From assembly GCA_965222075.1 (NCBI GenBank), contig OZ244937.1, positions 288,001-352,000 of the forward strand: 64,000 bases of DNA. The letters are read 5' to 3'. This DNA comes from Candidatus Latescibacterota bacterium (lineage in GTDB: Bacteria > Latescibacterota > UBA2968 > GCA-2709665). The notes beneath the pieces are model-generated. The model saw nothing but the letters and a program-made list of their open reading frames with translations. It searched no databases and was not told the origin of the DNA. The translations under genes were made by a program, and so were the position numbers. Of this stretch, positions 10,342-19,724 are shown one piece after another. Within the stretch, counting starts at the first letter, position 1; each line of letters opens with the position of its first letter.

Positions 10342-13300
10342 ATGCCAGTGAAAGTGACCGATGAAGTCGTATCTAAGGACGACCCTGGCCGTCGAGGTCA
10401 GATCATTCGGGGGCCACGCAAGCGCTCCGACGGAAATGTCTTTCTCATACGTTGGGACGATAACACTACCAGTTGGGCACCGGAGTACTCGTTGGTAGTC
10501 GCGAGCGAAGAGTCTGAAGACCCCTTTGAACTTCTAGAAAAAAAACGCTTCGGCAGGGCAAACGATCTGCGCCGCAATCTCACGTTTATCCAGCTTAGCG
10601 GGAGGCTGGCCAATGTCGTATACGGCATGGACACAACGAACACCGAGTTCCTGCCGTACCAATACAAGCCCGTACTCACCTTCTTAGAATCTCCCTCGAA
10701 GGGGCTTCTTATTGCTGACGAGGTAGGGCTGGGAAAAACTATTGAAGCTGGCTTGATCTGGACCGAACTTCGCGCCAGATACGACGCACGCCGACTCGTC
10801 GTCGTTTGTCCTGCAATGCTCCGTGACAAGTGGAGTCTTGAGCTTGCAAACAGGTTCGGTGTCGACCCGGTCCAACTGAACGCTGCCGAACTCGCAGATG
10901 AGCTTCATAAGAACAAGAACGATACTCCAGAGAATAAAGGATTTATATGCAGCCTACAGGGGATAAGACCGCCGACAGGGTGGAGAGACAAGCAACTCGC
11001 AAACGGCCGGATTCGCCTGGCTAGACGGCTGGACGAGTTGACGGAATTAGAGCCCGCCATCGACCTATTGGTCATCGACGAAGCACATTACATGCGCAAC
11101 CCGGAGACACGTAGCGCGGCACTAGGAAGGATGCTGCGTGAGGTGAGCGAGCACATTGTCTTGCTATCGGCGACGCCGATCAATAACCGCGAGGACGACC
11201 TGTACCAACTCCTACGGCTGATTGACCCTGATTCATTTTACACGCGTGACCTCTTCCCACAGGTGCTGTCTGCAAACGAGCCACTGCTGCGCGCCCGCAA
11301 TCTTGTACTCGACCACCGGTCCACTGGCACGGAGATTACCAACGAACTCCGCGTCGCGATGCGCCACCCTCTACTCGTAGAGAACCGCCAGCTTCAAGGA
11401 CTTATCAAGGAGAACTTCGACAAACATTTTCTTGAAGAGCCAGGCAACCGTGTAGGTATCGCAAATCGCATTGATCGTATCAATCTATTGCGGCACACGA
11501 TCAATAGAACGCGAAAGCAGGAAGTCGAAGAGTGGAAGGTCATCCGTGAGCCACATGACCATTTCGTGGATTTAGATCCCGACGGGCCGGAGTGGGATTT
11601 TTACCATAAGGTCACGCATTCCATCAGATGTTATGCGTTTGAGCAAGGTATCAGCGACGGGTTTCTGCTATCGACTCCGCAGCGCCAAATGGCGAGCTGC
11701 ATGTACGCCGCTGCCAAGAGTTGGCGGGACACTTCTTCGCTCAAAGATGTGCCAAATCTTATTTATGAAGACCTCGGTGACCTCCGTAAGGCCGATACAA
11801 ATCCCGAAGATGCGCGTCCTTTGATCGAGCACATCGCCACAGAAGTGTTGCCTGGTTTCGACTTTGAAAGGCTGAAGGCAGAAGATTCCAAGTTCGACGC
11901 ATTTAAGCGCATAGTACACGAGTATCTGGACAGCAACCCAGGCGAGAAAGTTATCGTTTTCTCGTACTTCAAGGCCACCTTGCACTATCTTGAGGAGCGC
12001 TTCTCGTACTTAATGGTCCCGGTACAGGTTTTGCATGGCGGCGTCATGGAGAACAAACAAGAAGCTCTCAACCGATTCCGAGATGGAGATACACGAATCC
12101 TTCTCACTTCCGAGGTCTCAAGTGAGGGTGTTGACCTTCAGTTCTGCAGTTTCATAGTCAACTACGATTTACCTTGGAATCCGATGAAAATCGAGCAGCG
12201 TATCGGCCGTATCGACCGCATCGGGCAAAAAGCCGACAAGGTGTTGATCTGGAATCTCGGCTACGCCAACACGATCGACGAGCGGATCTACATTAGACTC
12301 TTGATCAAGCTCAAGATCTTTGAGCGCGCGTTGGGTGGAATGGAAGTCGTACTGGGTGAGAAAATCTCCGAACTGACAAGTGATTTGATGCGCCTGGAAC
12401 TCACACCGGAGCAAGAGGAAGAACGCATTGACCAAGCATTCATGGCCATCGAGAACGTGAAGAGACAACAGGACGAATTGGAAGCGAAGGCAGCCCATTT
12501 GATTGCCTACGGGGATTACATTCTCGAGCGGGTGAAGGCGGCGCACGAGTTTAAGAGACGCATTACGGATGAGGACCTCAAGGCGTACGTCAAAGACTAT
12601 CTCGACCGTCATGCCAAAGGTTTCGTCTTCACGGAAAGTGATAAGGATCCCCTGACGGTCGATATTCGGCTCTCGCCGAATCTTGCAACCCGCTTTGACG
12701 ACTTTGTCCGTCAGTCGCGCCTCCAAGGGCAGAGCCGCTTAACCTACGGGCGTACAGTACGATGCCAGTTCTGGAACAAGATCGATCGATTCACTCCCCA
12801 GAGAGAGATCGTCAGTCAGTTTCATCCCTTTGTCCGCTTCATCAGCCAAGAGCTACGGGAGCGCGCGGAGAAATTCTGTCCGCTTGTAGCGCTTACCGTG
12901 CCCAAACGAGCAGCACCGTACTTAACAAAGAGCACGTACGCATTCTCTGCGAAGCGCTGGTCGTTCAGCGGCCTGAGGACCGACGAGGAACTTCACGCGC
13001 GTGCGATCAACATAGAAAACAGCGACGATAATCTCGATTCGGATCAGTCTTGGGACCTGGTGAACGCAGCGAAAGTGGAAGGCTCCGACTGGTTGTCGAT
13101 TGCTAACGACATCGACGACATCGACAAGATAGCGTGCATCTTCGATAAGTGCGATATTCAACTAGAAAAAGACTACGCAATCACCAAACGCGACCGCAGG
13201 AACGAAAATGATGATCGGGTAGCGTTTCAGATTCAGACTGCAAGTCGGCATCGAGACCGTCTTCTCAAATCCCAAAACGAGCTTCTTGCACGTTACCGAG

Positions 13301-13455
13301 AACAAAACCAACAGCGGCTAATTCCGATGACAGAGGGACGTATCCGGTCAATCGAGAGGAAGTTCGAAAATCAAATTGAACGATTTCATCAACGGGGACA
13401 GATGTCAGCATCCGTCGCCGACATCTGCTACGGGATAATCCGGGTCACAGACTGA
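10342..13455 (+). CDS. SNF2/RapA-like SF2 helicase
   Basis: LLIADEVGLGKT, VIDEAH, LLSATP, EGVDLQ and YDLPWNPMKIEQRIGRIDRIGQ motifs. Confidence 0.93.
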   Translation: MPVKVTDEVVSKDDPGRRGQIIRGPRKRSDGNVFLIRWDDNTTSWAPEYSLVVASEESEDPFELLEKKRFGRANDLRRNLTFIQLSGRLANVVYGMDTTNTEFLPYQYKPVLTFLESPSKGLLIADEVGLGKTIEAGLIWTELRARYDARRLVVVCPAMLRDKWSLELANRFGVDPVQLNAAELADELHKNKNDTPENKGFICSLQGIRPPTGWRDKQLANGRIRLARRLDELTELEPAIDLLVIDEAHYMRNPETRSAALGRMLREVSEHIVLLSATPINNREDDLYQLLRLIDPDSFYTRDLFPQVLSANEPLLRARNLVLDHRSTGTEITNELRVAMRHPLLVENRQLQGLIKENFDKHFLEEPGNRVGIANRIDRINLLRHTINRTRKQEVEEWKVIREPHDHFVDLDPDGPEWDFYHKVTHSIRCYAFEQGISDGFLLSTPQRQMASCMYAAAKSWRDTSSLKDVPNLIYEDLGDLRKADTNPEDARPLIEHIATEVLPGFDFERLKAEDSKFDAFKRIVHEYLDSNPGEKVIVFSYFKATLHYLEERFSYLMVPVQVLHGGVMENKQEALNRFRDGDTRILLTSEVSSEGVDLQFCSFIVNYDLPWNPMKIEQRIGRIDRIGQKADKVLIWNLGYANTIDERIYIRLLIKLKIFERALGGMEVVLGEKISELTSDLMRLELTPEQEEERIDQAFMAIENVKRQQDELEAKAAHLIAYGDYILERVKAAHEFKRRITDEDLKAYVKDYLDRHAKGFVFTESDKDPLTVDIRLSPNLATRFDDFVRQSRLQGQSRLTYGRTVRCQFWNKIDRFTPQREIVSQFHPFVRFISQELRERAEKFCPLVALTVPKRAAPYLTKSTYAFSAKRWSFSGLRTDEELHARAINIENSDDNLDSDQSWDLVNAAKVEGSDWLSIANDIDDIDKIACIFDKCDIQLEKDYAITKRDRRNENDDRVAFQIQTASRHRDRLLKSQNELLARYREQNQQRLIPMTEGRIRSIERKFENQIERFHQRGQMSASVADICYGIIRVTD

Positions 13456-13470
13456 GATAGGAGAAACTTC

Positions 13471-14862
13471 GTGCTTTTCAAACGGATCTTGGACATGTTC
13501 TCGCGCAATACCGCTTCTGCAGACGAGTCACAGTGGATTCTGACTGACCGCACGCAGATTGAGCCGTCCAAGTCCGGTGATTCGCCAATTCAACTGGTAG
13601 TGGGACTCGATTTCGGGACTTCGTTCACCAAGGTTGTGGTGGGCGAATCACGCATACACTATGCGGTACCGTTCGGTAAAATTTCCCTGGGCAAGAATCC
13701 ATATCTTCTGCCGTCTGCCGTTTCAATCGTGGGAAGAGGCGACGAATGTATGCTCGGCGTTTGCGGTGACGCGACACAAGTGTTCGACAATCTCAAGATG
13801 CCGCTTATTGACCGAAACTTCGGTGAGCAGGCACAAGGACGGGCGGTCGTATTCCTGGCACTCGTACTCCGCTATGTACGAGGTTGGTTCTTCAATACTC
13901 ATGGACAGACGTATAAAAACCGTGAAATCCATTGGTTTATGAATATTGGGCTTCCTACGGACAGCTACGACGACAAAGACCTCACCAATGTATACCGAAA
14001 CATTGTCCATGCAGCGTGGCGGTCGAGTGTTGTGCGAGGACCGATTTCTCTGAAGCGTAGCATCGACTATCTGAGCGTCGGCGATTCGCGGGTCAAGCGA
14101 TTACCGGCGGAGTTTTCGGACCGATTTCTTCAAGACGATCGAATTAATGTGTTCCCGGAGTTCGCCGCACAACTTACTGGCTACACTCGTTCGCCAAGAC
14201 ATCAGAAAGACCTGCATGCGATGATAGATGTAGGGGGCGGTACCTTTGATGTCACGGTTTTCAACGTCATTCAGAGGCAAGGAGAGGATCTTTTCCCAAT
14301 CTTTGCGCGGACTGTCCGGCCGCTTGGCCCCCGATACCTGGTTCGGCATCGTTTCGGAGCGCTCGGTTTACCCGATACCGATGAAATTTCGCCGTTCGAC
14401 GACCTTCCGGACGACAAGGAGTTTGCCGATTTGTGCAGGGTATCCGTTGGGCTCCTCGCTGAGGTCGACAAACCGTTTCAACGGAAGATTAGAGAGTGCA
14501 TCGGCAATGCGGTCCTATACACCAAGCAGAATCGCCATCCGGATTCCAGACATTGGAAATCGGGGCTTCCGACGTTTTTCTGCGGCGGTGCGACATCATC
14601 CGAGTTCTACTTGAGACTTCTTGCGATCTTCAAGGAGGAACGCTGCCCTTTCCGGTTGCTGTCCACGGACCTTCCCCAACCCGAGGACCTTGAGACGCCC
14701 CTGCTCGATGGTGCTTCTTACAATCGACTCGTGGTTGCATACGGGTTATCTTTCGACCCCTTCGATATTGGCGGGATTATCCAGAGGAACGATATTGACG
14801 ACATGAAACCTGCCCCTCCAATTGATTACACCGACCGGTATATCTCGAAGAACATGGTGTAG
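13471..14862 (+). CDS. Hsp70/actin-like (ASKHA) ATPase-fold protein
   Basis: GLDFGTSFTK, FPEFAA, IDVGGGTFD and CGGA motifs; AGGAG RBS 15 bp after the helicase stop. Confidence 0.8.
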   Translation: MLFKRILDMFSRNTASADESQWILTDRTQIEPSKSGDSPIQLVVGLDFGTSFTKVVVGESRIHYAVPFGKISLGKNPYLLPSAVSIVGRGDECMLGVCGDATQVFDNLKMPLIDRNFGEQAQGRAVVFLALVLRYVRGWFFNTHGQTYKNREIHWFMNIGLPTDSYDDKDLTNVYRNIVHAAWRSSVVRGPISLKRSIDYLSVGDSRVKRLPAEFSDRFLQDDRINVFPEFAAQLTGYTRSPRHQKDLHAMIDVGGGTFDVTVFNVIQRQGEDLFPIFARTVRPLGPRYLVRHRFGALGLPDTDEISPFDDLPDDKEFADLCRVSVGLLAEVDKPFQRKIRECIGNAVLYTKQNRHPDSRHWKSGLPTFFCGGATSSEFYLRLLAIFKEERCPFRLLSTDLPQPEDLETPLLDGASYNRLVVAYGLSFDPFDIGGIIQRNDIDDMKPAPPIDYTDRYISKNMV

Positions 14863-15515
14863 CCCGAAGTTCCCTCGAATGGGCTGATCTATATAGTTGA
14901 TCATAAAAGACAAATTCAGAGATTTTATGTGTGGTTGACTGCGAACGTCCGAATCCGCTTTGAAATCGAAAGCATTTTGCAAGATACATTGGCCGATTGC
15001 GAGCGGCCTGCCTCTGCCTGTGACGAAGGCCTGCTTACCTCTCCCGGTAGGCAGGCCGGCCGGATGCCCGGTAGGCAGACGCAAACAGAGCAGCGAACAG
15101 TACCCCGTTCCGTATATTCGTTTACTTCAAAAGATCGCTCGGGAAACAGATTGGGAGACGCTTCCTCTCCACTTGCAGGATGCCGTTGACGCCATGTTAA
15201 TGGAAGAATCGAATGAGGAAAATAGCGAAACGCGGCCTTTGCGAGATTTGCTCCGTGAGACCGGAGAAGCACCTTAGCAATGGCTTACGCTGTTCACATG
15301 CATTCGGCTGCAGAACAAGGACGCCGTCTGGTACAGGGCCATATTAGCCACCGCCGCACCCTGCTGATGAGTACGGCAAGGTGGCGGATGTGCGGGAGTT
15401 GGTGGGGGGGTAGGGGGCAGTTTATTGCCTCGAACGGGGCGAAACCGAAGGTCATTTGGAGATGGACTGAATGAACGATCCTTGCAGAAGCGGACCGATT
15501 GCAATGGAGGTACCG

Positions 15516-15824
15516 ATGTCAGAGATGCTCGAAAGCAAGCTCGACGCCATCGCGAAAGCCTGCAAACGCCATGGCGCAACTCGGTTGGATGCCTTCGGAT
15601 CGGCTCTGCGCGATGACTTCCAGCCTGGTCGGAGCGATGTGGATCTATTGGTCGAACTTGGCCCGATGGAACCCTATGCTCGAGTCGATGCCTACTTCGG
15701 CCTGCTGGAAGACCTGAGAGCCATACTGGGGGAGCAAGTGGATCTGGTCGTTTCAGGAGCCGTGAAGAACCGCTATATCGCTCGTGAAATTGAGCAGACA
15801 AAAGAGTTACTGTATGCCGCGTGA
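15516..15824 (+). CDS. Minimal nucleotidyltransferase (MNT) antitoxin
   Basis: FGSALRDDF..SDVDLLVE..VDLV motif; GGAGG RBS. Confidence 0.9.
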   Translation: MSEMLESKLDAIAKACKRHGATRLDAFGSALRDDFQPGRSDVDLLVELGPMEPYARVDAYFGLLEDLRAILGEQVDLVVSGAVKNRYIAREIEQTKELLYAA

Positions 15825-16182
15825 TGCAAGAGCCTACCTGTCTGACGTGATCGAGGCCTGCGACGCTATCACCAACGCAGTCCGCGGCCTCGATTTGCGG
15901 AGCTACGCAGGCAACCGGCTCGTCCGGTCCTCGGTAGAGCGTGAGTTCATCATTATCGGCGAGGCTCTTGGGGCTCTTAACCGCCTGTCGGAGGAGACCT
16001 TCGGCAGCATCACACAGGCTCGGCGAATCGTGGACTTTCGCAATCAATTGACTCATCAGTATCCAAGCGTGGATGACGCTATCGTCTGGGCGATCATCGA
16101 GCGGGATGTTCCGGTGCTGCGCGGGGAGTGTGCGGGGCACTTTCACCGCATGAGCCCACCCGCTGAATCGGCACCGGAATAA
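15814..16182 (+). CDS. HEPN/DUF86 (HepT-like) RNase toxin
   Basis: RNQLTHQY (Rx4HxY) motif; overlaps the MNT gene. Confidence 0.9.
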   Translation: MPRDARAYLSDVIEACDAITNAVRGLDLRSYAGNRLVRSSVEREFIIIGEALGALNRLSEETFGSITQARRIVDFRNQLTHQYPSVDDAIVWAIIERDVPVLRGECAGHFHRMSPPAESAPE

Positions 16183-16234
16183 GGAACGCGACGGCGGCGC
16201 GAACACTCAACCGACCCCATCGCTCGCATCCTGG

Positions 16235-16463
16235 TGCCACAAGGAAATATCAACACCCCTGAAAGGCATACGTATGGGTTCACTTCTTGGTCGTTTTCGC
16301 AGAATGGAAAAAGCCTCGCCTAAGGGTCATGTGATGGTACGATTCTGCTGTGGGATACGTCGCCGTATATCACCCCTCAAACCCTTGGTCCCGACTTTGA
16401 TGGCGATGGGACTGTTGGCTTTGGCGATTTTGTGCAGTTTGCAGGCGTGTTCGGGTTAAGTTA
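16235..16463 (+). pseudogene. 3' remnant of a WD40 + dockerin/EF-hand-tag gene
   Basis: Degraded TLKGHT..DGTILLWDTSPYITP..PDFDGDGTVGFGDFVQFAGVFG. Confidence 0.75.
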
Positions 16464-16570
16464 AGGCGGCGGCCAATGCCGATATGTGACTGTCGAAGTC
16501 CAGGATGCGGTAGAGAATTCAGAAGAACGCCAGGGGAGGTTTGCAGAGGGCCTGGCGCAGGAGGGGCTTT

Positions 16571-19237
16571 ATGAATCCGGAGGTGAAACATCCGGTTTTT
16601 TTTATGCGGGTGGACAATTCTCTGAGGGCCAGGAAGGTCTGGGAGATGGACCTGGAGGCGGCGCAGGAGGAGGCCGGGGTGGTGATGGGGATTGGTGATG
16701 AGACGCTGGATGCGTGGAATCCGCCGCTGGCCTGTTTTCTGACGGTGGGGTGTCCTCACTGCACGCTTGAGGACCGACACAGGAGCTACCACTTCTCGTG
16801 GACGCCGGAGGAGCCGGAGCGGACGGTGTGTACGTTCTGCGGCCACGCGTATCCCAGTAAGGAGCATCCGTTGGACGAGGTGACGGAGGTGGTCTCTCCG
16901 GCCGGTACAGCGCAGCAATATCCCTATTTTCCGGGGAAGGACGGGCGGCGGTATTATATGGAATCTCAGCTGTACAATATCCGGCGGTTCTGGCTGCGGC
17001 AGCAGGCGGCGCTTTTGGCGCACCTTTACCGGGAGACGGGAGAGACGGATTATGCCCGGAAGGCGGGGGCGATTATCAGGCGTTTTGCCGGGGTTTATCC
17101 CGAGATTCCGGTTCACGGGCCGGGAGAGCTGGCGAGTCCGGTTCTTTACGAGGTGGAGATTCTGCCGGTGCCACCGGACGGGGTGCAGCCGGTGCCGGAG
17201 GCTTTCGGGCCCGAGGCGGGCAGGACGTACGACCCGCCCTACCCGAGGGCTTCGACCCGCTCCGGGTTGTGGAACCGGTATCCGTACGACGAGGTTCCGC
17301 TTTCGCTGATTCTTGCGTACGATCAGGTTGCCGGGGCGCTTGAGGCTGCTGACCGGGGCCTGATCGAAGATTATTTCCGGCAGACGGTGAATTATCTGAG
17401 AACCTATCCCCACTACCTGGGGAATTACGATCCGATGCAGGCAAAGTGGGAGATCGTGTGCGGGCGCGTGATTGGGGAGCCGGCGTTCGTACACGGAGGG
17501 ATTGCCCGGTTGAAGCTGATGATGCAGCATGTGTTCTATCCCGATGGGATGTGGTGCGAGGGCGCGCCGCTGTACAGTTCGGCGGTTTTTCAGTTTCTGT
17601 GTGATGCCCTGAGAAGCGTGGAAGGCTACAGGGGCAGGGAGGACGGGCTGCCTGATGCCGGGTTTGCGTCCGAAGCGATGAGGGGTATCGCCCACGTGAG
17701 GGGCGCGCTGGAGAAGATGGTGGTTCCGGATGGGAGTCTGGCCAGTGTGTACGATACGTTTGGCGCTTCGCTTTACACAAAAGGTGAGAAGGAGACCTAT
17801 TTTGAACACGCGCCGCCGGCCGAGTCGGAGCCGTCGCTGCTGTGGGCGTGCGGGCATGCTGCGCTGGGGATGGGGCAGGGCGACCATCAGGTGCAGGCGC
17901 GGCTTCAGTTTATGGGGAGCGGGACGTTTTCACACAGCCATAACGACCGGTTGAGTCTCCAGGTGTTCGCCAGAGGGCGGGAGATGGTGTCCGATATCGG
18001 GTATTCGCAGAATACGCTTCGTCCCTATGCCACGTGTACGTTTGCGCACAATCTGGTGATGGTGGATGAGTCGAGCCAGTTTATCGGGTATTCGCCCGTG
18101 GGCGGGGCGTTGATCGCCTATGGAGATGGACATCCCCGGGTGCAGTTTGTGAGCGTGAGGGCACCGCAGGCGTACCCACAGACACGGGAGTACCGGCGTT
18201 CCCTGGTGCTGGTGAAGGTTTCGGAGGAGGATGCCTATCTGGTGGACCTTTTCGAGGTGAAGGGCGGGGCGCAGCACGACTGGCTGCTGCACGGGGACGC
18301 GGACCGGGACAGCGCGCTTGTGTCCGAGCTTGAGATGGAGGATCTGGAGGGGGCGCTTTTTGCGTCGGGGGAGACGTTCAGGATGTGGGATTCCGAGACG
18401 GGGTTCAAAGGGGGCCCCGGCGTGAGGCATCCGGACAATATCAAGAATGCGCTGGGGATGGTCCGGCAGGTTCGGAACACCCGGACCGATGATGCCTGGA
18501 CGGCCACCTTCAGGCCATCGCCGGATGACGGTACCGCACTCCGGCTCTGGATGATGGGAGAGAAAGGGACGGAGGTGTTCTTCGGGGAGATGCCGTCGGT
18601 CCGGCGCGCGGGGGACCGCAATGCTGAACTGCTGGATTACTGGATGCCACTGGTGATGGCGCGGCAGAAGGGAGAGGATCTGGAGAGCAATTTTCTGGCC
18701 GTTCACGAACCTTATCAGGGTGTGCCGTTTATCACGTCCGTTTCGCGGGAGGGCCGGGCGCTGGTTGTGAAGACGCCGGGGTTCACGGATGTTCATCTTT
18801 TGGGTGGGGGGAATGCGACGTACGAGATGGCGGGGTGTTACGGGTTTCTCCGGGTGGTGGACGATGCGGTTGTTTCGGCGTATCTGGCGGATGGGACAAG
18901 GCTTGGGTTCGGGGAATTTTCGCTGGCGCTTCCCGAAGCGGCGGAGGGTGTTGTACTCGGAGTCGAGGGGGTGACGCTCTGCTTGTCGGGGAAGGTGGAT
19001 CTTGAGAATGCCGAACGGATCTACCTGTTTTTTCCGGGGGGACAGAGATATGCGATTCCCGTCCGGGAGGTGCGACATGGGGATAAGGACAGTGTGGCGG
19101 TGCTGGCGTACGATCCCCGGTTTACGCTTTCAGAGGATGGCCGCAAGGGGCGGTTGACCGCGTTTCCAGGTGAGGCGTTTGAGGGAGAGGTTCGGTACCG
19201 GGTTCCGAGGTACGGGGGATGTTGGGCGCCGACGTAA
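16571..19237 (+). CDS. Heparinase II/III-like polysaccharide lyase, copy 2
   Basis: Same length and motifs as copy 1; 11 amino-acid differences between the given translations. Confidence 0.75.
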   Translation: MNPEVKHPVFFMRVDNSLRARKVWEMDLEAAQEEAGVVMGIGDETLDAWNPPLACFLTVGCPHCTLEDRHRSYHFSWTPEEPERTVCTFCGHAYPSKEHPLDEVTEVVSPAGTAQQYPYFPGKDGRRYYMESQLYNIRRFWLRQQAALLAHLYRETGETDYARKAGAIIRRFAGVYPEIPVHGPGELASPVLYEVEILPVPPDGVQPVPEAFGPEAGRTYDPPYPRASTRSGLWNRYPYDEVPLSLILAYDQVAGALEAADRGLIEDYFRQTVNYLRTYPHYLGNYDPMQAKWEIVCGRVIGEPAFVHGGIARLKLMMQHVFYPDGMWCEGAPLYSSAVFQFLCDALRSVEGYRGREDGLPDAGFASEAMRGIAHVRGALEKMVVPDGSLASVYDTFGASLYTKGEKETYFEHAPPAESEPSLLWACGHAALGMGQGDHQVQARLQFMGSGTFSHSHNDRLSLQVFARGREMVSDIGYSQNTLRPYATCTFAHNLVMVDESSQFIGYSPVGGALIAYGDGHPRVQFVSVRAPQAYPQTREYRRSLVLVKVSEEDAYLVDLFEVKGGAQHDWLLHGDADRDSALVSELEMEDLEGALFASGETFRMWDSETGFKGGPGVRHPDNIKNALGMVRQVRNTRTDDAWTATFRPSPDDGTALRLWMMGEKGTEVFFGEMPSVRRAGDRNAELLDYWMPLVMARQKGEDLESNFLAVHEPYQGVPFITSVSREGRALVVKTPGFTDVHLLGGGNATYEMAGCYGFLRVVDDAVVSAYLADGTRLGFGEFSLALPEAAEGVVLGVEGVTLCLSGKVDLENAERIYLFFPGGQRYAIPVREVRHGDKDSVAVLAYDPRFTLSEDGRKGRLTAFPGEAFEGEVRYRVPRYGGCWAPT

Positions 19238-19339
19238 ATGAAGGGGGAGATTGGGCGTTTCAGTGTGGATAAACTGGTTAATATGCTGACGCGGGCGGGG
19301 ATGCAGGTCGAAATTTACGTCAAGCCACAAGCAGCTTAA
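19238..19339 (+). pseudogene. C-terminal remnant of an XRE-type HTH antitoxin
   Basis: GEIGRFSVDKLVNMLTRAGMQVEI resembles HTH_37 C-termini. Confidence 0.5.
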
Positions 19340-19359
19340 TCCAATAGGAGACAAACTTG

Positions 19360-19611
19360 ATGAACGAATCAGCAATCCGACTCCGTATCGAGCCACTGGA
19401 CGAAGGTGGTTTCCTGGCCACGAGTCCCGATGTCCCGGGCCTGGTTGCGGAAGGACGTAGCGTCACCGAGGCCGCCGAGATTGCGCAAGGTCTGGTACGC
19501 AAGATTGCAGAGTCGTGCATTGAGCACGGAGACCCGCTTCCTGGTGCATTGGCGACGCTCCCGGAGGGCAACGCCTCAATTGATCTGCTGGTACCCGTCA
19601 GCGTGCCGTAA
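19360..19611 (+). CDS. hicB: HicB-family antitoxin
   Basis: EPLDEGGFLATSPDVPGLVAEGRSVTEA..GDPLP. Confidence 0.85.
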   Translation: MNESAIRLRIEPLDEGGFLATSPDVPGLVAEGRSVTEAAEIAQGLVRKIAESCIEHGDPLPGALATLPEGNASIDLLVPVSVP

Positions 19612-19690
19612 TGGGGCGGCTCCCCGGGTTCAAGTATCGACCTGTAACGAAGTCAGACCGGGGTGCCCACGCATCCGGCGATCATAAGGG
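19611..19690 (+). pseudogene. HicA toxin remnant (internal deletion)
   Basis: TAATG coupling; MGRLPGFKYR then a stop, followed by a VPTHP fragment. Confidence 0.6.
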
Positions 19691-19724
19691 TCGGATGTTT
19701 GTCACTTGAATGGAGCAGGGGCCA

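Noticed and set aside
10342-13455. Calling the helicase rapA, drmD or zorD
   Set aside because: Diagnostic partner genes are absent and the motifs support only SNF2 family level.
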